DNA of 64,000 bases from an uncultured virus (IMG/VR IMGVR_UViG_3300029319_000022) (lineage: Duplodnaviria > Heunggongvirae > Uroviricota > Caudoviricetes). Of this stretch, positions 56,940-64,000 are shown in pieces. The translations under genes were made by a program, and so were the position numbers. The stretch lies in IMG/VR virus record IMGVR_UViG_3300029319_000022. One strand, given 5' to 3'. The notes beneath the pieces are model-generated. The model was not told the origin of the DNA and did no database searches. It was given only the letters and a program-made list of their open reading frames with translations. The first letter of the stretch is position 1, and each line of letters starts with the position of its first letter.

Positions 56940-57355
56940 AAATCATATCCCATAGAGGGAATATCTCTGGCCCAGACTATAAAAACGAAAATCATCCAGA
57001 TCAAATTTTAAAAGTCTTAAATAAAAATATTGATTGTGAAATAGATGTTTGGAGAATGGACGGAACATTCTACACTGGTCATGATAAACCTAATTATCAG
57101 ATAGACTGGAAATTTATATGCAAACCTAACTTATGGGTCCACGCTAAAAATTTAGAAGCTTTAACGAATCTACCTAACTATGTTAATTTTTTTTGGCATG
57201 AATCTGACGCATATACTTTAACATCAAACGGTTACATTTGGACTTTTCCTGAACAACAGACATGCAAAAAAAGTATTATTGTCGATAAAAATAGAAATTG
57301 GAGAGACAAAAATTATAATTGCTTTGGAATTTGCACAGATTATATTTTAAATTAA
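56936..57355 (+). CDS. GDPD/PLC-like phosphodiesterase
   Basis: ISHRGN, EN, EIDVW, GHD, WVHAKN, GICTD. Confidence 0.75.
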   Translation: MKIISHRGNISGPDYKNENHPDQILKVLNKNIDCEIDVWRMDGTFYTGHDKPNYQIDWKFICKPNLWVHAKNLEALTNLPNYVNFFWHESDAYTLTSNGYIWTFPEQQTCKKSIIVDKNRNWRDKNYNCFGICTDYILN

Positions 57356-57361
57356 AAAAAA

Positions 57362-58384
57362 ATGGATAAAACAGCATTAATTTTAGGAGGTGGAGGCTTT
57401 ATTGGTGGGCATCTGGCTAGGAAACTTAAAAATGAAGGATACTGGGTAAGAGCAGTGGATATTAAGCATCATGAGTACTTTGATTGGTCGGAGATATGTG
57501 ATGAATTTATTCGGGCTGATTTGACAGATGCAAAAATAATGTCTGAAGTTGTAGAACTTGGCCCAAATCATTCTTTTGATGAAGTTTATCAATTAGCCGC
57601 AGATATGGGCGGGGCAGGTTATATATTTACAGGGGAGAACGACGCTAACGTGATGCATAATTCTGCGTTGATTAATTTACATTTAGCTAAAGAGGCGGTC
57701 AAACAAAAAGTTGGCAAAATATTTTATTCATCTTCAGCATGCATGTATCCAGAGCATAATCAGCTTGATCCTGATAATCCTAATTGCGAAGAGTCTTCAG
57801 CGTACCCTGCAAATCCAGATTCTGAATATGGCTGGGAAAAACTTTTTAGTGAGAGATTATATTTAGCATTTCAAAGAAATTATGACCTTAAAATTAGAAT
57901 AGGCAGATTTCATAATATTTTTGGCCCTCAAGGAACTTGGACAGGCGGCAAAGAAAAAGCTCCAGCTGCGATGTGTCGTAAAGTAGCAGAATGTGAAGAC
58001 GGGGGAGAAATTGAGGTATGGGGAGATGGAAAACAAACTCGTTCTTTTTTATATATTGATGAGTGTTTAAAAGCTATTGAAAAGTTTATGGCTCAAGATC
58101 ATTTTTCTGGCCCAGTTAACATTGGCTCAGAGGAAATGGTTACTATTAATGAATTAGCAGAGCTAGCTATTAAATCATCAGGCAAAAACATATCTATTAA
58201 AAATCTTTTTGGTGAAGAGTTTGAGCAAAAGTATGGTCATAAATGCCCATTAGGAGTGAAGGGTAGAAACTCTGACAACACACTTTTCAAAGATCAAATT
58301 GGCTGGGAATCACAAAAACCATTACTAGAGGGAGTGTCTTCAACATATAAATGGGTAGAAGAAAAAGTTAATGAAAAAAGATAA
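57362..58384 (+). CDS. GDP-mannose 3,5-epimerase-like extended SDR
   Basis: GGGGFIG, LAADMGGAG, SSSACMYP, YGWEKL, RFHNIFGP, GGKEKAPAAMCRK, GVKGRNSDN. Confidence 0.88.
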   Translation: MDKTALILGGGGFIGGHLARKLKNEGYWVRAVDIKHHEYFDWSEICDEFIRADLTDAKIMSEVVELGPNHSFDEVYQLAADMGGAGYIFTGENDANVMHNSALINLHLAKEAVKQKVGKIFYSSSACMYPEHNQLDPDNPNCEESSAYPANPDSEYGWEKLFSERLYLAFQRNYDLKIRIGRFHNIFGPQGTWTGGKEKAPAAMCRKVAECEDGGEIEVWGDGKQTRSFLYIDECLKAIEKFMAQDHFSGPVNIGSEEMVTINELAELAIKSSGKNISIKNLFGEEFEQKYGHKCPLGVKGRNSDNTLFKDQIGWESQKPLLEGVSSTYKWVEEKVNEKR

Positions 58385-59450
58385 TATTGTAATTATTATC
58401 ACTGGGGTTACTGGGCAAGACGGTAGTCTCATGACAGATTACTTACTCAAAAATACAAAGCACACAATTATTGGGGGCGCTAGACGGCTAAGTGTTAAAA
58501 ATCACGATAATATTTCACATTTGCTTGATCATCCAAGATTTTTTCTTATTGACTTAGATGTCACTGACCCTCAAAACATAGATAAAGTAATAGCTGAGCA
58601 TAAACCTCATTACTTTATAAATTTTGCAGCAAATTCTTTTGTTGGGAATAGCTGGACACAGCCAGTAAATCACATGGTGACAAACTGTATGTCTGTTTTA
58701 CATCAATTAGAAGCCATAAAAAGGCACTGCCCACAATGTAGATACTACAATGCTGGATCGTCTGAGGAATTTGGCGATGTCATAACACAACCACAAAATG
58801 AAGAACATCCACTCAGACCAAGAAGTCCTTATGGCGCTTCAAAATGTTCCGCTAGGCACTTAGTAAAAGTATATCGAGACTCTTATGGGTTATATGCAAT
58901 TCAAGGTTGGCTTTTTAATCATGAAGGTGTACGTAGAGGTTCAGAATTTGTCACTAGAAAGATTACTCAAAATGTTGCACGTATTAGCAATGAATACGTT
59001 AATAAAAAAAATTTTGAACCTTTGAAACTTGGAAATGTAGAGTCTAGAAGAGATTGGAGCGATACTGAAGATTTTATGGATGGTGTATGGAGAATGTTAA
59101 ATCAAGAACAATATTCAACTAAAACTTCTAAAAAAACTCCTGACGATTATGTTTTATCTTCAGATGAAACACATAGCATAAAAGAATTTGTTGAGGAGGC
59201 GTTTCATATAGCTGGATTTCACAGATCAATGTGTAGATGGGAGGGATTTGAGGAAAACACTAAGTATTTTCATGGTGATGATTTATTAATGGAGGTTGAT
59301 CCAAAGTTTTACAGACCAGCAGAAGTTGACTTACTGCTTGGTGATTCAACCAGAGCTAGAAATGAGCTTGGCTGGGAGCCTAAAAGCACTTTTGTAGACT
59401 TAGTAAGAAAAATGGTTGACAATGATTTAAAAATTGTAAATTCTTATTAG
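58371..59450 (+). CDS. gmd: GDP-mannose 4,6-dehydratase
   Basis: ITGVTGQDGS, SSEEFG, PRSPYGASK, LFNHE, FVTRKIT, RDW, YRPAEVDLLLGD. Confidence 0.92.
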   Translation: MKKDNIVIIITGVTGQDGSLMTDYLLKNTKHTIIGGARRLSVKNHDNISHLLDHPRFFLIDLDVTDPQNIDKVIAEHKPHYFINFAANSFVGNSWTQPVNHMVTNCMSVLHQLEAIKRHCPQCRYYNAGSSEEFGDVITQPQNEEHPLRPRSPYGASKCSARHLVKVYRDSYGLYAIQGWLFNHEGVRRGSEFVTRKITQNVARISNEYVNKKNFEPLKLGNVESRRDWSDTEDFMDGVWRMLNQEQYSTKTSKKTPDDYVLSSDETHSIKEFVEEAFHIAGFHRSMCRWEGFEENTKYFHGDDLLMEVDPKFYRPAEVDLLLGDSTRARNELGWEPKSTFVDLVRKMVDNDLKIVNSY

Positions 59451-59797
59451 TGGCTAAGAAACTAAAGCTTAATAAAAGACAAATTTTAGAAAAGCTTTTA
59501 ATCATCCCAGAAAAGGGTCGTAGACCTTTTTTTTCTCGCGAGATGAAGCTTTTGAACGATTTATGTTCTAAGTACTCACAAGAATTTATGAGTATTGTTT
59601 CTTTTCCAAAAAAGTTTGATTCATTAACTTACTTGATTAGCCCAAAGCTGACAGATAAATTAGATGAAAAGTTTAGAGCATTTAATTTTAAAGTAGACTT
59701 TTCAAAATACCCACGGTATAATATCGGCGATAAGTTTGGCAAGGATGCCAAAATCAAACCTAATAAAAAAACAATTAGAGATTTTTTAAATGAGTGA
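59450..59797 (+). CDS. hypothetical protein
   Basis: ORF track; coupled to its neighbours. Confidence 0.65.
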   Translation: MAKKLKLNKRQILEKLLIIPEKGRRPFFSREMKLLNDLCSKYSQEFMSIVSFPKKFDSLTYLISPKLTDKLDEKFRAFNFKVDFSKYPRYNIGDKFGKDAKIKPNKKTIRDFLNE

Positions 59798-60899
59798 CGG
59801 ACCAGACCCAAATGAACTTCTTGGCAATTTTTTGAAATCAAACAAAAGCGATCATTATAACTTTGAAAAAGAGTGCGATTACAAAGTCTCTAGTGGATCT
59901 TTGCAGTTTGACCTTTGTATGAATGGAGGCTTTGGACCTGGATTACATCGCTTTACTGGGCTGACTGAGGGAGGTAAAACCTCTGAAGCCTTGGAAGTAA
60001 TGAAGAATTTCTTAAACACTGTAGAGAAGCCAAGAGGTTTGTACATCAAAGCTGAAGGTAGACTCGCTCCAGAAATAAGAGAAAGATCAGGTGTAAAGTT
60101 TGTTTGGTCAGCCGATGAATGGGAGGATGGTACTTGTTTTGTGCTAGAAACGAATATATATGAAACAGCTATGACTTGCATCAAGCAACTTATAGATAAT
60201 GTAAAAAACCCACAAAAATATTGTTTTATATTAGATTCTGTTGATGGATTAACAGCGAAAAATGACGCATCTAAAGGTTTTGAAGAGTTTGCTAAAATAG
60301 CCTCTGGAGCGTCTATTGCAGCTAGGTGGTGTGCTCAAACTAGTATAGCTTTAGGCAAGAGAGGTCACATGGCTATTTTTATTAGTCAGGTAAGATCAGA
60401 AATGAGAGATCAATATTCTAAAGAGCCGCCTAGACAATCTGTAGCTACAGGTGGATATGCTTTACAGCATTATGCTAATACTTGCATACAGTTTCAACCT
60501 AGGTATAAAGCCGACTTGATTCTTCAGAACCCAAGTTTAAAAACTATTGATGAGAAAAAAAACCCAATCATTGGCCATTTTGCAAAGGTTTTAATAGCTA
60601 AATCCCCTAATGAAAAATCAAATGTCACTTTAACTTATCCTGTTAGGTACAATAGATCTGGTGGCAACTCTATATGGATTGAAAAAGAGGTAGTTGATTT
60701 ACTTTATGCTTGGGACTTTGTAGAAAAAAAAGGATCTTGGATCAAACCTACAGATGATTTCAAAGATTTATTAAATGATAATAAATTAGAGTTTCCTGAG
60801 CAAGTTCAAGGAGATAACAATTTATTTAAAATCCTTGATGAAGATCAAAAACTTTGCAAATTTTTAATTGATTACTTCAAACAGCAAATAACCTCATGA
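59790..60899 (+). CDS. recA: RecA/UvsX-like recombinase
   Basis: SSGSLQFD, GLTEGGKTS, ILDSV, IFISQVR, TGGYALQHYA. Confidence 0.88.
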   Translation: MSDGPDPNELLGNFLKSNKSDHYNFEKECDYKVSSGSLQFDLCMNGGFGPGLHRFTGLTEGGKTSEALEVMKNFLNTVEKPRGLYIKAEGRLAPEIRERSGVKFVWSADEWEDGTCFVLETNIYETAMTCIKQLIDNVKNPQKYCFILDSVDGLTAKNDASKGFEEFAKIASGASIAARWCAQTSIALGKRGHMAIFISQVRSEMRDQYSKEPPRQSVATGGYALQHYANTCIQFQPRYKADLILQNPSLKTIDEKKNPIIGHFAKVLIAKSPNEKSNVTLTYPVRYNRSGGNSIWIEKEVVDLLYAWDFVEKKGSWIKPTDDFKDLLNDNKLEFPEQVQGDNNLFKILDEDQKLCKFLIDYFKQQITS

Positions 60900-61303
60900 A
60901 GTTTGTTGATCAATATGGTAAACAAAGAAATCTTAAAAACGCAAAAAAATATTTAATAGATTGGCATAAACCTAGTCGTAGCAAATTTCAAACAAAGGTT
61001 AAGAAATTTCTTTTTGAATATTGGCAGAACGATATTGTTTTTGAGGAGTTCAGAGTTGTAGGGACTAGATTAACTTTAGATTTTTATAACGCCAATAAAA
61101 AAATTGCTGTTGAAGTTCAAGGGGCGCAACATACAAAGTATGTAAAATTCTTCCATAAAAATCACTTTAAATATTCTGATCAGTTAAAAAGAGATGAAAA
61201 GAAACTTGATTTCTGTCAAGCAAATGGCATAAAGTTAGCAGAGGTTTATCCTCAAGATGAGATACAGGCATCATTATTTAAGAATCAAGATATATACCTA
61301 TGA
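60896..61303 (+). CDS. DUF559/Vsr-like endonuclease
   Basis: LDFY..IAVEVQGAQH..RDEKKLDFC..GIKL. Confidence 0.8.
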   Translation: MKFVDQYGKQRNLKNAKKYLIDWHKPSRSKFQTKVKKFLFEYWQNDIVFEEFRVVGTRLTLDFYNANKKIAVEVQGAQHTKYVKFFHKNHFKYSDQLKRDEKKLDFCQANGIKLAEVYPQDEIQASLFKNQDIYL

Positions 61304-61545
61304 ACATTGAAGATGAGGAAAGTGATTTCCATATACCAAGCGAGATGGTTGATAAGCTATATGAGCTTTCAGGTGGCGCAGATAAATATAAAGGAATTAT
61401 AATGGCTGTTTCATCTGAAAATGGTAAACCTTTGATTTACAGAAAGTTTGATTGTGCAATGACTGAGCTTGCGTTAAGTAAATGCTTGCAAGACTTTCTT
61501 GATAGCTCTACTGTAGAAAAGCGATCTCAAGATGACGAAGAATGA
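61300..61545 (+). CDS. hypothetical protein
   Basis: ORF track; ATGA overlaps on both sides. Confidence 0.65.
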   Translation: MNIEDEESDFHIPSEMVDKLYELSGGADKYKGIIMAVSSENGKPLIYRKFDCAMTELALSKCLQDFLDSSTVEKRSQDDEE

Positions 61546-63062
61546 TATACTCTTACGAATTAGAAAAACAGCTTTTAGCAGGTTTGTTAAAAGAGCCTCA
61601 AGCTTTAACAGAAATATGCAACTTCATAAGTGTTTCTGATTTTTACTCTGAGCAGTCATCTTTAAATAGCACTATATTTAGAATTATAGAGCAAGCTGTA
61701 AATGCTGGTGAGGATGTCGATGAGATTATTATAGCTCAAAGAGTTAATGAGGTAGGTATATCATTTGAGGATAATCTAAATCCATCAGACTATATAAAAT
61801 CTTTATGCCTGAGAAAAGTTCCGTCTGGCAACACAATAAAAACCGCTAAAGAACTTAAAAAGTATTCAATTAGGCGCGAAATCCTTAAATCATCAAACAC
61901 TATAGCTAAAAAGATGAAAGGCATGTCTCCTGAGACATCTTATGCCGATATTATCGAAGCCGCAGATAAAATTTACAATTCAAAAATAAATTTATATGAG
62001 ATTGGCAATGACATTCCTGTTAACATATATGATGACATGGAAAGTATTATTGAGCATAGAGGCAACAATCCTGTCACTGAGTTCGGTATGTTTGGCCCTC
62101 ATGACAAAATCAATAGTATATATGGATCTTTATTAAGACCTGGAAATATAACTGTTGTTGTCGCTAGATCTGGGGTTGGTAAAACTCAGTTTTGTATGGA
62201 TTATTGCACTAAAGTTAGTCTAAAATATAATGTTCCTGTTTTGCATTTTGATAACGGAGAGATGAGCAAAGAGGAGCTTATTATGAGACAGTGCTCTGCT
62301 CTCTCAAACATACCCATGCATTTATTAGAGAGTGGTAAGTGGAGACAGGCGGGTAAAACAGTTGTAGATAAAGTTAGATCAGTTTGGGCTAAAGTAAAAG
62401 ATTTAAAATTTTACTATTATAATGTGGGGGGTATGGATGTAGACTCAATGATAAATACTTTAAAAAGATTTTATTACTCTAAAGTCGGCAGAGGCAATCA
62501 GATGATTTTTTCTTTTGATTATATTAAAACAACCTCTGAATCCATGATGAATAAATCTGAGTGGCAAATTGTTGGAGAGATGGTTGATAAATTTAAAAAA
62601 TGTGTTCAGAAAGAAATTTTGTATGATGGCGAGCCGATTATTCCTATGATTACCTCAGTTCAATCAAATAGGTATGGCATAACGAATAACCGAAATTCAG
62701 ATACAATAGTAGACGATGAATCAGTTGTTTCATTATCTGACAGGATCACACAGTTCTGTTCTCATATGTTTATATTAAGAAATAAAACTGCTGATGAAAT
62801 AGAGAGGGAGGGTGCGTCTTTTGGCACACATAAGCTTATAAATGTAAAATCTAGACATTTAGGAAACGATATAGCTGGCGCTATAGAACCTGTTAGAGTT
62901 GGAGATACCTTGAGAAAAAATTCAATTAATTTAGATTTTAATAATTTTAATATTACTGAGAGGGGCGATTTGAGAGATATAGCTCGTGTATTAAATGGTG
63001 ACATTGAGTTAAATACAGATGGACAGCAACAAGAAATACCAGACTTCGATCAGCTCGGATGA
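61542..63062 (+). CDS. dnaB: DnaB-like replicative helicase
   Basis: ARSGVGKT, DNGEMS, FDYIK, VQSNR, KSRHLG. Confidence 0.92.
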   Translation: MIYSYELEKQLLAGLLKEPQALTEICNFISVSDFYSEQSSLNSTIFRIIEQAVNAGEDVDEIIIAQRVNEVGISFEDNLNPSDYIKSLCLRKVPSGNTIKTAKELKKYSIRREILKSSNTIAKKMKGMSPETSYADIIEAADKIYNSKINLYEIGNDIPVNIYDDMESIIEHRGNNPVTEFGMFGPHDKINSIYGSLLRPGNITVVVARSGVGKTQFCMDYCTKVSLKYNVPVLHFDNGEMSKEELIMRQCSALSNIPMHLLESGKWRQAGKTVVDKVRSVWAKVKDLKFYYYNVGGMDVDSMINTLKRFYYSKVGRGNQMIFSFDYIKTTSESMMNKSEWQIVGEMVDKFKKCVQKEILYDGEPIIPMITSVQSNRYGITNNRNSDTIVDDESVVSLSDRITQFCSHMFILRNKTADEIEREGASFGTHKLINVKSRHLGNDIAGAIEPVRVGDTLRKNSINLDFNNFNITERGDLRDIARVLNGDIELNTDGQQQEIPDFDQLG

Positions 63063-64000
63063 TTTTCAACAAACCTTAGAGTCTTTAGGTTACAATCTTA
63101 TAGATTGTGGAGATCACTGGAGAACTCAAGCTTTGTATAGAAATGGCGATAACAAAACAGCTGTAAAAATATATAAAAATACAGGCGTTTGGATGGATTT
63201 TGTTCAAAACAAAGGCTCTCAACCCTTTGAATCACTTGTTAGGGCTACCGCATCATTAAAAAACGAGGATTATAGTTCAATTATTTCAAAAATTAAGTCT
63301 GGCACTGTAGAACAATATGTAAAAAAGCAGACTATTGAAATGGAAAAAGTTTACCCTGCAAAATCTCTAGACAAATTATTTCCTAATTATAAATTTTATA
63401 ATGATAGGAACATATCTGAGGAGACCCAACAGCTTTTTGATGTTGGTTTAGCTGGCGTAGGAAAAATGTATCGAAGGATGGTTTTTCCGATATATAATGA
63501 GCATGAACAAATTATAGGATTTTCTGGTAGAAAAGTTGATGATAACAATAATTATCCAAAATGGAAGCATATAGGCAGAAGAAACAACTGGGTTTATCCT
63601 GCATTTAATGTAAAAACAGGTGTTAACCAAGCCATAGAACAAAATAAAACAGTAATACTAGTAGAAAGTATAGGAGATGCCCTTGCCCTTTATGAACAAA
63701 ATATTAAGAACGTGCTTGTCATATTTGGCTTATGCGTTAACAACAATATTATTAATTTTCTTAGCAGTAAGTGTGTCAACAATATCTATATTTGTACTAA
63801 TAATGATGACCATAGTTCGCAAAATAGAGGACATATTGCAGCTGTTAAAAATTATTTAAAATTATCGAAATACTTCGATTTACAAAATTTAAGTATAAAA
63901 ATGCCGCCAAAACCTTATAATGATTTTGGTGATGCTAATTTAGACGATTTTGAACTTAAAAATTGGTACTATGATAGCGTAGACCAACCTAAACAATTTC
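63019..64000 (+). CDS. dnaG: DnaG-like primase (TOPRIM), truncated by the window end
   Basis: open frame from ATG 63019 with no stop; RMVFPIYNEH..IGFSGR, PKWKH, ILVESIGDAL, DFGD; absent from the ORF track because it has no stop. Confidence 0.85.
   Translation, partial: MDSNKKYQTSISSDDFQQTLESLGYNLIDCGDHWRTQALYRNGDNKTAVKIYKNTGVWMDFVQNKGSQPFESLVRATASLKNEDYSSIISKIKSGTVEQYVKKQTIEMEKVYPAKSLDKLFPNYKFYNDRNISEETQQLFDVGLAGVGKMYRRMVFPIYNEHEQIIGFSGRKVDDNNNYPKWKHIGRRNNWVYPAFNVKTGVNQAIEQNKTVILVESIGDALALYEQNIKNVLVIFGLCVNNNIINFLSSKCVNNIYICTNNDDHSSQNRGHIAAVKNYLKLSKYFDLQNLSIKMPPKPYNDFGDANLDDFELKNWYYDSVDQPKQF

Noticed and set aside
45298..59450. Bacterial chromosomal LPS locus (prophage boundary)
   Set aside because: The island is tightly coupled to phage genes on both sides, has similar AT-rich composition, and lacks transport genes and any integrase or att evidence.
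63448..63859. Track ORFs 63448..63642 (-) and 63677..63859 (+)
   Set aside because: Both lie inside the primase reading frame that starts at 63019 and runs off the window.
1..64000. Stop-codon reassignment, introns or inteins in core genes
   Set aside because: terL, nrdA, nrdB, dnaB, recA and the capsid gene are continuous and of normal or short length in the standard code.

Overview
This 64-kb, AT-rich window is part of a large tailed dsDNA phage genome. It looks siphovirus-like: there is a 2025-aa tape measure and a tail tube but no sheath gene. The host cannot be determined from the sequence. Layout: (1) ~0.7-9.65 kb is an early/accessory region of small minus-strand ORFs (including Gp88-like and DUF932 proteins). 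Fifteen of these ORFs have their own sigma70-type, essentially leaderless promoter. The region is divided into cassettes by eight copies of a 79-bp element (29-bp palindrome + 21-bp GC-rich linker + 29-bp palindrome) and contains a ~370-nt structured non-coding segment. (2) 10-38.7 kb holds PhoH, a sigma-like factor, an ERCC4 nuclease, terminase, portal, protease/scaffold, capsid, an inverted neck/tail-tube block, tail chaperones, tape measure and tail-tip genes, many preceded by a GTGTAA motif. (3) 38.6-45.3 kb holds Hsp20, a glycosyltransferase, SSB, a second sigma-like factor, class Ia RNR and a basic modular protein. (4) 45.3-59.5 kb is a ~14-kb glycan island (glycosyltransferases, methyltransferases, heptose-type kinase/adenylyltransferase, GMD/GME). 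(5) 59.5-64 kb holds RecA/UvsX, an endonuclease, DnaB helicase and a primase that runs off the end. The best candidate for an undescribed system is the double-palindrome-delimited cassette array of the early region. All protein calls come from motif recognition by eye; no database searches were run.
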